From NCBI GenBank assembly GCA_017444825.1, contig JAFSVU010000054.1:20169-84168 (forward strand): a stretch of DNA of 64,000 bases, written 5' to 3'. The number at the start of each line of letters is the position of its first letter. The stretch's first letter is position 1. The position numbers and the translations under genes were made by a program. Shown piece after piece: positions 27,221 to 37,225 of this stretch. A model generated the notes under the pieces. That model saw nothing but the letters and a program-made list of their open reading frames with translations. It was not told where the DNA came from and made no database searches. Source of the DNA: Clostridia bacterium (GTDB lineage Bacteria; Bacillota; Clostridia; UBA1212).

Positions 27221-29200
27221 TTGAAAAACGCGACTAAAAGTGTTTCATTTTACATAATTCTGATAGCCGTGATCGTACTTCTTGTTATGGCGATAAGCAG
27301 CTTTATTCCGCTGCCGAGAATGCAGTACGGCGAGTTTATCGCACAGCTCAAGGCCGGTAAGATAGATACGGCGACACTCAAGGAGAACGAATGCGTCGTT
27401 ACGCTCACCGAGGACGTGGACGTGCAAAGGGCCGGAAAAACGGTCACCCTGAAGAAGGGTACGAAGTACGGTGTGGACGTGGTTGCGCCGGGAGATTTCC
27501 AGCGTTTTATGACGGAGGCACTGGAAAATCCGGAGGAATATCCTGCGGGGTTCAAGTTTGACGAGACCCTGAGCCATATACCTGCCTGGGTGGAATACGT
27601 GCCGATGATAGCCATGATCGCCGTGATGTGCATATTCATGTTCATCATTATCGGCCAGAACAACGGAAATTCCAAGATAATGACCTTTGCAAGGAGCAGG
27701 GCGAGACTCTACACCGACAGTAAGATCAAATTCGAGGACGTTGCCGGTGCTGAGGAGGAGAGGGAAGAGCTCGAGGAGATCGTGGACTTTCTCAAATACC
27801 CCAAGAAATATTTCGCTCTCGGAGCCAGAATACCGAAGGGCGTTCTCATGGTGGGCCCCCCCGGAACGGGTAAGACGTATCTTGCCAAGGCCGTGGCAGG
27901 AGAGGCCAAGGTGCCTTTCTTCTCCATCAGCGGTTCGGACTTCGTTGAAATGTACGTGGGTGTCGGTGCCGCGAGAGTGAGAGACATGTTCGAGCAGGCG
28001 AAGAAAAACTCTCCCTGCATCATTTTCATTGATGAGATAGATGCCGTGGGACGTCACAGAGGCGCGGGCCTTGGCGGCGGACACGACGAGAGAGAACAGA
28101 CGCTGAACCAGATACTTGTGGAGATGGACGGCTTTGAAATGAATACGGGCATCGTGATACTTGCGGCCACCAACAGACCCGACATACTCGACCCCGCTCT
28201 CACAAGACCGGGCCGTTTCGACAGGAAGATCGTGGTGAACTACCCTGATATCTCCGCCAGAGAAAAGATCCTGGCCATCCACTCGAAGAACAAGAAGGTG
28301 GATCCGGAGGTCAGCTTTAAGGATGCCGCAAGAAACACAGCGGGATTTACCGCCGCAGATCTTGAGAACCTTATGAACGAGGCGGCGCTGCTGGCCGCAA
28401 GAAGAGGCGCTCCCGCGATCACGACGGAGCACATGAAGGAGGCCATCTTCAGAGTCTTAGTGGGCCCCGAAAAGCGCAGCCACGTGATGACAGACAACGA
28501 AAAGAAGCTCACCGCTTATCACGAAGCCGGACACGCCATCGTGATAAAGAGACTTTCCACCACCAGCAAGGTGGACCGGGTCTCCATCATTCCCGCCGGC
28601 TCCGCAGGCGGATACACTGCCCACAGACCTGACGAGGACATCTCGTATTACACGTCGAAGCAGCTCTTCGAGACCATCGTGGTGGCTCTTGGCGGAAAGG
28701 CAGCTGAGGAGATCATTTTCGGCGACGTCAGCACAGGTGCGTCTTCAGACCTTCAGAGCGCAAATTCCACTGCCATGAAGATGGTGACCAAGTACGGTAT
28801 GAGCGAAGCTCTCGGCAATATGATCATGGACACCGGCAGGGAGGAAGTATTCCTGGGAAGAGACTACGGCCACACAAGAACAGCCAGCGAGGAGCTCTCG
28901 TCGACTGTGGACAGAGAAGTAAAGAAGATCATCGACAAGGCCTACGAGACCGCCAAGAAGATTCTCACCGATAATATGGACAAGCTGGAGCTTCTCGCCA
29001 AGACGCTTCTGGAAAAAGAGCGCATCGAAAAGGAAGAGTTTGACATGCTGATGGACGGCGCAGCTCCGGAGAATACTGAAGAGACAGTGTCCGGCGAAAC
29101 CGCGGAAGAGACCGCCACCGTTGAAACGACCGAAGAGACCGCTGCAGGCGAAAAGTCCGAAGAGGCCGCTCCCGTTGAAACGACAGACGAAAATTCGTAA
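27221..29200 (+). CDS. ftsH: ATP-dependent zinc metalloprotease FtsH
   Basis: Two TM helices, [20 protein letters not shown]. Confidence 0.97.
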   Translation: MKNATKSVSFYIILIAVIVLLVMAISSFIPLPRMQYGEFIAQLKAGKIDTATLKENECVVTLTEDVDVQRAGKTVTLKKGTKYGVDVVAPGDFQRFMTEALENPEEYPAGFKFDETLSHIPAWVEYVPMIAMIAVMCIFMFIIIGQNNGNSKIMTFARSRARLYTDSKIKFEDVAGAEEEREELEEIVDFLKYPKKYFALGARIPKGVLMVGPPGTGKTYLAKAVAGEAKVPFFSISGSDFVEMYVGVGAARVRDMFEQAKKNSPCIIFIDEIDAVGRHRGAGLGGGHDEREQTLNQILVEMDGFEMNTGIVILAATNRPDILDPALTRPGRFDRKIVVNYPDISAREKILAIHSKNKKVDPEVSFKDAARNTAGFTAADLENLMNEAALLAARRGAPAITTEHMKEAIFRVLVGPEKRSHVMTDNEKKLTAYHEAGHAIVIKRLSTTSKVDRVSIIPAGSAGGYTAHRPDEDISYYTSKQLFETIVVALGGKAAEEIIFGDVSTGASSDLQSANSTAMKMVTKYGMSEALGNMIMDTGREEVFLGRDYGHTRTASEELSSTVDREVKKIIDKAYETAKKILTDNMDKLELLAKTLLEKERIEKEEFDMLMDGAAPENTEETVSGETAEETATVETTEETAAGEKSEEAAPVETTDENS

Positions 29201-29221
29201 TGAAACGATAATGACTTAAAA

Positions 29222-29272
29222 AGTGATGCGGATCAAAGCGCTGCCTAAAGACAGGTCTTGGATCCGCATTGC
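29222..29272 (+). terminator. Hairpin after ftsH (possible terminator or processing site)
   Basis: GTGATGCGGATC...GATCCGCATTGC inverted repeat with a weak T tail. Confidence 0.5.
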
Positions 29273-29288
29273 TTGTAATTCTGATCTC

Positions 29289-31541
29289 ATGGATACACTA
29301 AACGGAATCGTAGAAGGAATAATATACGAGAACGAGCAGAACGGCTACCGCATCATCGAGATCGAGTCGAGAGACGGGACTCTTGAGACTGTCACAGGCA
29401 TAATGCCCCCTATTTTCAGGGGAGAGATCATCGAGGCGGAGGGCACGTGGGTCGAGCATTCCACCTACGGGAAGCAGTTTAAGGCCACGTCCGTGATGCT
29501 CCATCTCCCGTCCTCTGTGGACGGGATAAGATCCTTCCTGGCCTCGGGACTCATTCCGGGCGTGGGGCCCGCATTGGCGTCAAAGATCGTAAAAGAGTTC
29601 GGCGACGAAACGTTTAACGTTATAGCCGAAGATTACGAGAAAATTGCCAGGGTGCCCGGCGTCACCATGCGTAAGGCGGTCAAGATCAAGGAGGCCTTCG
29701 AAAAGCACCGGGAAAGCAGCGGAACTGTGATGTTTTTCGCCGGATTTGGCGTCAAGACAGGTGTGGCCATGGAGGCTTACCGCCGTTTCGGAGAGGGCGC
29801 AAAGGACATAGTCAGAGAGAACCCCTATTCGATCATTGGAAAGGTAAACGGCTACGGATTTGCCACAGCCGACAGGATAGCGATGCAGCTGGGCTTCAGC
29901 TCGGACGACCCCGAGAGGGTAAAAGCATATATTCTCCACATTCTCAGTCTTTCCTACGGAGAGGGCCACGTGTTCCTTTTCGCGGAGGACATAAGGAATG
30001 AGATCGCGGAGCACGTCGACATAAGCGGAGAGGAGTTTGAGGAGGCTCTCGGGGACCTTGCCGAGAACAAATATATCGAAAGGCAGAAGGTGACCCGGGC
30101 GGGGACCGAATGCGAGGCGGTATACCTAAGGAAGCTTTACGACGCAGAGCGTGGCATTGAGATAAAGCTCAAACAGTTGAAGGCGGTATCCCACGACGAC
30201 GGGCTGAAAAGAGCCGAAAAGATGATCGGCTTCTTTGAAAAAGAAAACGATATAAAGCTCGACGACGAGCAGAAAAAAGCGGTGCTGACCGCCGCAAAGA
30301 ACGGTGTTACGGTGATAACGGGAGGTCCGGGCACGGGAAAGACGACCATCATCAAGGCGCTCCTCCGGATACTTTTGGACAAGGGCGTGAAAACGGTCCT
30401 CTGCGCGCCTACGGGAAGAGCCGCAAAAAGGATGACCCTCGCCTGCGGTGAAGAGGCCAAAACGATACACAGGCTGCTGGAACCGGATTTCAGGAGCGCG
30501 GCTCTCGAGGGTGGAGCGGAGATCGACGACAGCACCATAGAGTTCAAACGGAACGAGGGAAACCCTCTGGACGCGGACTGCGTGATAGTCGACGAGATGT
30601 CCATGGTGGATACTCTCCTCATGAACAGCTTGCTTTGCGCAGTCAAACGCGGCGCTATGGTGGTTCTGGTGGGAGACAATAACCAGCTTCCGTCGGTGGG
30701 ACCGGGAAGAGTTCTCAGGGACATAATCAGGTCAGAGCTTTTTGAAACTATAAAGCTTGAAAATATTTACCGCCAGGATCCGGACAGCCTCATATCCTAC
30801 AACGCATACCTGGTGAACAACGGCAAAATGCCGGAAATGAACAAGGAGCGGGGCGACTTCTTCAGGATCAACGTCAGGACTCCGAGGGAGTGCATAGACA
30901 CGCTGAGATCATTGGTGTCAAGAAGGCTTCCCGACACTTACGGCATAGATCCCTTCGAGGATATACAGGTGATCACACCCAACAGGAAGGGCCAGTGCGG
31001 CAGCACCGCATTCAGCTCTGAACTCCAGAAGGAGCTGAATCCTCCGCCGGAGAAGGGCAAAAACTACGAGATCAAGGGCATTGGCGAGACCTTTAGAGTG
31101 GGGGACTGCGTCATGCACACAAAAAACGACTATGAGCTCGAGTGGACGGACTACGACGATCCGGCATTCGGGGGAGAGGGTGTGTTCAACGGCGAAATGG
31201 GGCGCGTTGAGGCCATCGATACAACGGCTCAGCTTGTCTACGTGCTGTTCGGCGACAACCACCTGGTCTGCTACGACAGGGACACCATCGGCGAGCTGGA
31301 GCTCAGCTACTCCATAACCGTCCATAAGAGCCAGGGCAGCGAGTTTGACTACTGCATAATACCCATCTGCAACGTCTCCCCGGCCCTCATGACCAGAAAC
31401 CTGCTCTACACCGCCATTACAAGGGCTAAAAAGATGGTGGTGATCCTCGGAACCGACGAGGACATACGCCTGATGATCGAAAACAACCGGGAGGTGCGCC
31501 GCAACACCACGCTTTTCCGGAATTTTACGCTGGAACGGTGA
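29289..31541 (+). CDS. recD2: ATP-dependent RecD2 DNA helicase
   Basis: HSTYGKQF, HhH region, GGPGTGKTT, APTGRAAKR, DEMSMVD, TVHKSQGSE, LYTAITRA. Confidence 0.95.
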   Translation: MDTLNGIVEGIIYENEQNGYRIIEIESRDGTLETVTGIMPPIFRGEIIEAEGTWVEHSTYGKQFKATSVMLHLPSSVDGIRSFLASGLIPGVGPALASKIVKEFGDETFNVIAEDYEKIARVPGVTMRKAVKIKEAFEKHRESSGTVMFFAGFGVKTGVAMEAYRRFGEGAKDIVRENPYSIIGKVNGYGFATADRIAMQLGFSSDDPERVKAYILHILSLSYGEGHVFLFAEDIRNEIAEHVDISGEEFEEALGDLAENKYIERQKVTRAGTECEAVYLRKLYDAERGIEIKLKQLKAVSHDDGLKRAEKMIGFFEKENDIKLDDEQKKAVLTAAKNGVTVITGGPGTGKTTIIKALLRILLDKGVKTVLCAPTGRAAKRMTLACGEEAKTIHRLLEPDFRSAALEGGAEIDDSTIEFKRNEGNPLDADCVIVDEMSMVDTLLMNSLLCAVKRGAMVVLVGDNNQLPSVGPGRVLRDIIRSELFETIKLENIYRQDPDSLISYNAYLVNNGKMPEMNKERGDFFRINVRTPRECIDTLRSLVSRRLPDTYGIDPFEDIQVITPNRKGQCGSTAFSSELQKELNPPPEKGKNYEIKGIGETFRVGDCVMHTKNDYELEWTDYDDPAFGGEGVFNGEMGRVEAIDTTAQLVYVLFGDNHLVCYDRDTIGELELSYSITVHKSQGSEFDYCIIPICNVSPALMTRNLLYTAITRAKKMVVILGTDEDIRLMIENNREVRRNTTLFRNFTLER

Positions 31542-31544
31542 CAC

Positions 31545-32465
31545 ATGATCATTATTCATACCGCGCTCTATTTTGAGGCCGAAAAGGCAATCAAACATTA
31601 CGGACTGAGGGAGATAAAGGACGTCGCTCTTCCTGTGAGACTTTTTAAAAACGGGGAGGGGAGCGTGGCGCTTCTTGTCTCCGGCACGGGAATGACCAAT
31701 GCCATCATCTGCGTGTCCTCAGCCCTTACATATCTTCGGGCAGGAAGAGGCGATCTGTTCATAAATTTCGGTATCGCAGGGGCGGCCCACGGCTCTGAAG
31801 GCATTTTGAAAACGGGAGAGATCGTGAGGGCGATAAAGTGCTCTTCCCGGAACGGGCGGCCTTTTTATCCTGACGTGATATACAAAAGCTCCTTTAAGCT
31901 TGCGGAGGTTGTGACCGTCTTGGGACCTCTTGACGAAATTTCGCATAAATACGGTGAAAACGGCCTTCCCGCAGTTTTAGATATGGAGCTTCACGGGGCC
32001 TTCACCGCGGCGAATATGTTTCTCGGGCCGGAGGCGCTCATTGGTTATAAGGTGGTATCCGATATGGCGGAAGAGACCCGTTCAAAGGGCGGGCTGATCG
32101 ACCGGAACGATGCGGAAACCGTAGTTTCTTTGGCCTGGGACGGCCTTTTTGAGGAAATAGATCGCATCGGGAAAGAGGCGGCGGAGAGGCTTTCGGAAGA
32201 GGAGAGCGCGAAGACCATACCGGACGGCGCGGAGGAGGCATTCGGAGAGCTTTGCGAAAGGCTCAGGCTGACCTTTGCGGACCGGGAGATACTTAAAAAC
32301 AGGATAAGAAGGGACGCTCTTTTAGGGATCCCTGCCGGTGAGAACGTGGAGAGGCTTCTTAAACTTCTGAAAGAACATGCACCAAAGACCCGTGAGGAGC
32401 GGGAACTGTTTTTCAAAAACGAGGTCATGAAGGACCCCTTCGAAGGCGGTGATCCCGTTGATTGA
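31545..32465 (+). CDS. Nucleoside phosphorylase / MTA-nucleosidase-fold protein with C-terminal helical extension
   Basis: TALYFEA, SGTG, INFGIAGA, DMELHG, KVVSD. Confidence 0.75.
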   Translation: MIIIHTALYFEAEKAIKHYGLREIKDVALPVRLFKNGEGSVALLVSGTGMTNAIICVSSALTYLRAGRGDLFINFGIAGAAHGSEGILKTGEIVRAIKCSSRNGRPFYPDVIYKSSFKLAEVVTVLGPLDEISHKYGENGLPAVLDMELHGAFTAANMFLGPEALIGYKVVSDMAEETRSKGGLIDRNDAETVVSLAWDGLFEEIDRIGKEAAERLSEEESAKTIPDGAEEAFGELCERLRLTFADREILKNRIRRDALLGIPAGENVERLLKLLKEHAPKTREERELFFKNEVMKDPFEGGDPVD

Positions 32466-33489
32466 CGTTATCTATGCCGAAAGAGAAGTTCTCGGCTTGC
32501 CTTTTGCGGAAAAAGTGATATCAAGGATACCCGGCGCGGCGGTGGTGACGATCGACCGCTGGGAGGATCTCTTTTACAGAAAAAAGCAGAACTACGCTCT
32601 TCAAAAGAAGGAGAGAAAGCTGATCATAGGGCGGAACCGGGGAAGCTTCGTCATGGAGGGCTCGGGCAACTGCCAGAGCGGTGGCGCGGAGGTGTTCAAA
32701 TACTGCTCCTTCGCCAAAAACTGCATTGGCGGCTGCGACTACTGCTACCTTCAGGGCATGATGCGGAGCGGGAATCTATTGGCGTTTGCCAATATGGAGG
32801 ACTGCTTTAGTGAGGTGGAAGCCGTCATCGAAAAGGAGCAGGTGTCGGAAGACAAAAGGATGCTTCTCGCAGTGTCCTACGATAATGACGTCTACGCGCT
32901 GGAGGGACTCTTTGGCTACGTTAAGATGTGGTCGGATTTTGTGAATTCCAAAAAGCGGCCGGGCTTTACGGTGGAGGTGCGTACAAAGTGCGGCACAAAA
33001 AGCTTTATCGACCGGGCCGATCCCTCCTCCGGCAGTCTGGTTTTTACGTGGTCCGTATCGACCGGTGAGAACATCAGGCGTTTCGAACGGGTGACGTCAA
33101 CTCTTGAGGCGAGGCTTGCGGCGGCGTCTTATGCTCTGGACAGGGGCTTCAGAGTGCGGCTGGCTCTCGACCCGGTCATTGCGGCGGGAAGGGACTGGAA
33201 AGAGGGATACCGTGACCTTTGCGAGAGGATAAGCCTTCTCGGTATGGGCGAAAGGCTGGACGCGGTACTAACTGGCGGGTTCAGAATTCCTGCAGATTAC
33301 CTTAAAATAATGCGGAGGAACGCTCCATGCTCCCCCGTTGCTTTTGATACGTATGAGGTCAGAAACGGCACCGCGGGCTACCCCGCCGAAAAGGAGAGGG
33401 CCATCTCGGAATACATCACGAAAGCGCTCACAAAGATCGCGGGCGTGCCGGAAGCAAGGATATTTAGCTACGACAAGGACGGAACTTAA
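32449..33489 (+). CDS. Spore photoproduct lyase-like radical SAM protein
   Basis: NCIGGCDYCYLQGM (CxxxCxxC), SYDNDVYALE, EVRTK, RLALDPVI. Confidence 0.85.
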   Translation: MIPLIDVIYAEREVLGLPFAEKVISRIPGAAVVTIDRWEDLFYRKKQNYALQKKERKLIIGRNRGSFVMEGSGNCQSGGAEVFKYCSFAKNCIGGCDYCYLQGMMRSGNLLAFANMEDCFSEVEAVIEKEQVSEDKRMLLAVSYDNDVYALEGLFGYVKMWSDFVNSKKRPGFTVEVRTKCGTKSFIDRADPSSGSLVFTWSVSTGENIRRFERVTSTLEARLAAASYALDRGFRVRLALDPVIAAGRDWKEGYRDLCERISLLGMGERLDAVLTGGFRIPADYLKIMRRNAPCSPVAFDTYEVRNGTAGYPAEKERAISEYITKALTKIAGVPEARIFSYDKDGT

Positions 33490-33490
33490 T

Positions 33491-34186
33491 ATGAAGGTGT
33501 GTGTTGTTACAGGCGCAGACTCCGGTATCGGAAAGGCAGTCGCCTCAAAGCTTCTTGAAAAAGGGAACAAGGTATATTGCGCAGGCGGGCCGTCAGGATC
33601 CCCTTTTGAAAACAAAAATGGCGAGGCTGTGTGGCTTACTCTTGATTTCAGAATTGACGCTGACATAAAAAAGGTGGCTGAGGCGGTGAAGGAGCAGGCG
33701 GTGGACGTTCTCGTGAATGCGGCGGGCATCGCTTTTTACGGCCTTGCGGAGACCGTAAAACCGGACGATATTTCGGCAATGGCGGACGTCAACGTTAAAG
33801 CCCCTATCATGATCACTTCAATGCTGATGCCGAAGCTTAAAAGGGCGAAGGGCGCAGTCATAAATATATCCTCGGTCACGGCCCTGTCCTCCGCAAGTCC
33901 CCACGGGGCGGCATACGGCGCCACAAAAGCCGCTCTCACCTCATTCGGACGGAGCCTCTTTGAGGAGACGAGAAAGCACGGCGTAAGGGTAACCAATATC
34001 CATCCCGATCTCACCGACACGAACCTCTACAGAAACGCGGACTTTACGGTCACGGGCGACCCGGAGTCGACACTTTTTTCGGATGATATCGCAAAATACT
34101 GCGAAATCGTTCTCGGGGAGCGGGAGGGAATGTGCGTTGAAGAGCTCACCCTGAGGCCTCAGAAAAATATGATCGTAAAGAAATAA
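33491..34186 (+). CDS. Short-chain dehydrogenase/reductase
   Basis: TGADSGIG, VNAAG, YGATK, NIHPDLTDT. Confidence 0.92.
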   Translation: MKVCVVTGADSGIGKAVASKLLEKGNKVYCAGGPSGSPFENKNGEAVWLTLDFRIDADIKKVAEAVKEQAVDVLVNAAGIAFYGLAETVKPDDISAMADVNVKAPIMITSMLMPKLKRAKGAVINISSVTALSSASPHGAAYGATKAALTSFGRSLFEETRKHGVRVTNIHPDLTDTNLYRNADFTVTGDPESTLFSDDIAKYCEIVLGEREGMCVEELTLRPQKNMIVKK

Positions 34187-34195
34187 AAAATTTGA

Positions 34196-34220
34196 AAGCC
34201 CCCGGTGAAGGAGGCTTTTC
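34196..34220 (+). terminator. Intrinsic terminator
   Basis: AAAGCC-cccggtgaagga-GGCTTTTC between convergent genes. Confidence 0.65.
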
Positions 34221-34264
34221 TTGTATCATAAAGACATTTAAGCTATATTGGCGTTTAGGTTTAT

Positions 34265-34972
34265 TCAGTTATATTCTCTCGCGAAAAGAAGCTTCACGTG
34301 CTCGTCGGTTATGAGAAGCTCCCCGGGGCTGTAAAGCGCCTTTGCCGCCGCGACAGCCTCAGGATTCTTGGACATTACGGATCTCATGAGCACAGGCCTT
34401 TCGCAATATTCCGAGAACTCGTCGACCTTGCGGCCTCCGCCTGCGATGCACGAGGCGTCGGTGTATTCCAAAAGATTTGAATTGTCCACCAGCGCGTCTA
34501 TTTTGAGAAGGGTGGCTTCCTCTATTTCTCCGAAAATTTTGGCGGTGTCGGGGACAGCCTTCGTGAAGGGCCTGTAGGGGTTAAGCACGAAGAAAATGGT
34601 GTGATCCCGGGATGCGATATCGGATGCGTAATAGCCGCAGGCTTTGGCTCCCAGATCGTCGCCTCCCACGTCGAGAATGACGTAAGTATCCCTGTCGGTG
34701 ATGACGGGGCCCATCCTGCCGGTGAGGGCGGGAACGTCCACATTGGTGTTTGCGTAGAGCATGGTCTCAACGCTGATGCCAAGCTTCCTCAGGTCCTCCG
34801 CAGCGTCGGCGCTCCTGAAAAACGGGTTAATTATATCCATGTCGATGAGGGCGACATTGGCATCGGGCTTCTGACGCTTGAGATCGATGGCAAAGTTGAC
34901 GGCGACCTCGGTCTTACCGCTGCCGAAGTGGCCTGTGAAAATATATAAATGGGGTTTGTCGGAATAGATCAT
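34265..34972 (-). CDS. Uncharacterised SIMIBI-like P-loop NTPase (CobQ/MinD-like)
   Basis: GHFGSGKTE, DMDIINPFFRS, DVGGDDLGA. Confidence 0.75.
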   Translation of the reverse strand: MIYSDKPHLYIFTGHFGSGKTEVAVNFAIDLKRQKPDANVALIDMDIINPFFRSADAAEDLRKLGISVETMLYANTNVDVPALTGRMGPVITDRDTYVILDVGGDDLGAKACGYYASDIASRDHTIFFVLNPYRPFTKAVPDTAKIFGEIEEATLLKIDALVDNSNLLEYTDASCIAGGGRKVDEFSEYCERPVLMRSVMSKNPEAVAAAKALYSPGELLITDEHVKLLFAREYN

Positions 34973-34994
34973 TTCAGCCTCCGGAACATTACTT

Positions 34995-35942
34995 TTACCT
35001 GGTGAGGACAGCGGCGCACCAGCCTCTGTCGGTGAGAAACCTTGCCACGCGAAGTCCGCAGCGGGCGCATTCGGCCTCGACGTCAGGCAGTCTCTGATCG
35101 ATTATGCCGGACACGATGATGACTCCGCCGGGCGCAAGAAGACGCCCTGTGTCGGGAAGGAGCCTTATGATGATGTCTGCAACGATATTTGCGCAGATCA
35201 CCGAAAAAGTACCGTTAACATCCGTGGCAAGATCCCCGTGGACAAGGGTGAATTTTTCTCTGACGCCGTTCAGCTCTGCGTTTTCGCCGGCAACCTTGAC
35301 GGAAAGCTCGTCTATGTCGACTCCGGTTACCGAACCCGCGCCGAGGAGAAGTCCCGCAATGCCGAGGATACCGCTTCCTGTGCCCACGTCCAGCATGGCG
35401 GTGTCATTGGTTATATAATCCTCCAGAAGCTCCATGCAAAGTTTTGTGGTCTCGTGCTGACCGGAACCGAAGGCCATGCCGGGATCGATGAGAAGCCTTT
35501 TTCTGCCTTCGCTGTCCGCCGCCGCTCCCTCCTGAGTGCCTTTGTCGCGCTCCGCCTCCCAGGTGGGCACGAGCCTGATTTTTTTCCCTATATTTGCGGG
35601 CTTGAAATACTGCTTCCAGTTATTTGCCCAGTCCTCTTCGCTCACTCCGCCGGAGTCGAATTCAAAAGGGATCCCCTCCGCCTTCATCCTCTCTGCAATA
35701 AACGTCTGAAACTCCGCCGGGTTTTCCTCGGGGCTCACGTAGACGTGGATCCTTGCCCTGGTCCTGTCCTTCTTCAGCAGTTCCTCGTCAATGACCTCCA
35801 CCGGCCCGAAAAGCTTCAGATCCTCTTCCAACGTGGAATAGTCCTCAATATAAAGACCGCGGGAAATGCACATTCCCGCAATTGCCTCCGCCGCAGGTAC
35901 GTCAGCGGTAGATACCGTAATTATCAAATCAGTCCAATCCAT
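34995..35942 (-). CDS. prmA: Ribosomal protein L11 methyltransferase
   Basis: EEDWANNWKQYFKP, DPGMAFGSGQHETT, DVGTGSGIL, ANIVAD. Confidence 0.96.
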   Translation of the reverse strand: MDWTDLIITVSTADVPAAEAIAGMCISRGLYIEDYSTLEEDLKLFGPVEVIDEELLKKDRTRARIHVYVSPEENPAEFQTFIAERMKAEGIPFEFDSGGVSEEDWANNWKQYFKPANIGKKIRLVPTWEAERDKGTQEGAAADSEGRKRLLIDPGMAFGSGQHETTKLCMELLEDYITNDTAMLDVGTGSGILGIAGLLLGAGSVTGVDIDELSVKVAGENAELNGVREKFTLVHGDLATDVNGTFSVICANIVADIIIRLLPDTGRLLAPGGVIIVSGIIDQRLPDVEAECARCGLRVARFLTDRGWCAAVLTR

Positions 35943-35966
35943 ATTAACCTAACCAATACTCCTCCC

Positions 35967-36968
35967 TCACTCGGCAAAAAACTTCGGAACCGTGTGAAGA
36001 TCGGTGATAACCGTAAACATCTGAGGGTTCTTAAACTGCCTGTAGGCCTTCTGAACTTCCTCTCTCGAATCGTAGATTGCAAATATCGTGGAGCCGCTGC
36101 CGGACATCATGGCGCCAAGGGGCTCAGTAGCCAATATCTTCTTCTTCAGCACCATGAGCTGGGGCTCGATCTCAAAGGCGGGCTTTTCCAGCACGTTCTT
36201 CATGTTCGGGGCAAACTCCGCCACGTCGTTGTTTTCAATGGCCGCAAGAAGCGCCTCCGTGTCGGGATGGCTCTCGGGGCTGAGCTTCATATGGTCCAGC
36301 TTTTCGTAAACCTTTTCCGTGGATATAAAAATGCCGGGGTTTACTACGAGAAGGTAGCCGTTTGTCAGTGACGGGATGGGTCTCAGGTCCGTGCCGGTGC
36401 CCGTCGCCAATGCCGTACCGCCCATGATCAGGAAGGGAATGTCGGAGCCGAGGGGCTTTCCGATGTCCATCAGCTGCTCAGTCGTGAGTTCAAGGCCGAA
36501 AAGTCTGTTAAGACCCACGAGGGTGGCCGCTGCGTCCGCACTTCCGCCTCCCATTCCGCCGCCCACGGGGATGTTCTTTTTGATATGCACGCCCAGCTTT
36601 CCGGGGTACCCCGCCATTTTCTTCATGATGAGGGCCGCCTGGTAGGCAAGATTCTTGGAATCCGCAGGAAGCCTGGGGTTCGTGCAGGTAAATATTATAT
36701 TGTCGGAGGGATCTGAAGGTCTTATCGGCACTCCTCTTGCAATCAGCGCGGCGATCCTCTCATCATACCGTCTTTTGCACTTTGCGATCTCCGCAATGAG
36801 ATCCTCCCTCAGATTATCGATGGCATCGGGTGTATAGAGAATGACCCTGTCGTAGACGTTTATCGTCTGCATTATCATGTCGACAAGGTGGTAGCCGTTC
36901 TCGGCAAATCCTTTCACATCAATAGAAAAATTGACCTTGGCGTTTGCGTTAATTGAAACTAAACCCAT
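35967..36968 (-). CDS. ispE: 4-diphosphocytidyl-2-C-methyl-D-erythritol kinase
   Basis: AKVNFSIDV...GYH, KNIPVGGGMGGGSADAA, GSDIPF, MSGSGS; GGAGG RBS. Confidence 0.95.
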   Translation of the reverse strand: MGLVSINANAKVNFSIDVKGFAENGYHLVDMIMQTINVYDRVILYTPDAIDNLREDLIAEIAKCKRRYDERIAALIARGVPIRPSDPSDNIIFTCTNPRLPADSKNLAYQAALIMKKMAGYPGKLGVHIKKNIPVGGGMGGGSADAAATLVGLNRLFGLELTTEQLMDIGKPLGSDIPFLIMGGTALATGTGTDLRPIPSLTNGYLLVVNPGIFISTEKVYEKLDHMKLSPESHPDTEALLAAIENNDVAEFAPNMKNVLEKPAFEIEPQLMVLKKKILATEPLGAMMSGSGSTIFAIYDSREEVQKAYRQFKNPQMFTVITDLHTVPKFFAE

Positions 36969-37023
36969 GTGATGGCCCTCCGGAAATACCGTAATTATTG
37001 CTTTTTGAGCTGTACGTCCTAGA

Positions 37024-37052
37024 ATTCTAACACAATAACCAAGGCAAGGCAA
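37024..37052 (-). promoter_or_regulatory. Sigma-A promoter of ispE-prmA
   Basis: Minus strand TTGCCT-17 nt-TAGAAT with TG extension. Confidence 0.55.
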
Positions 37053-37075
37053 GTGGGATGTGCGTCAAAATATTA

Positions 37076-37105
37076 TTGACAATAAGCCTTATTTTTTTAT
37101 ATACT
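37076..37105 (+). promoter_or_regulatory. Sigma-A promoter of the EF-G paralogue
   Basis: TTGACA-18 nt-TATACT. Confidence 0.65.
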
Positions 37106-37225
37106 AACCACAAGTGTGTTGCGGTGAAGAGCAGGCCGCGTAGAGCCTTTTTTTATGAAGGTTGGTTCACGAATCTGCGGCCGCATTCGCCATTATTTTT
37201 AAATCAGTTTGGAGGAATTTGTATT

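Noticed and set aside
29060-29200. Short direct repeats (CCGTTGAAACGAC, GAAGAGACCGC) at the ftsH 3' end
   Set aside because: Low-complexity acidic protein tail.
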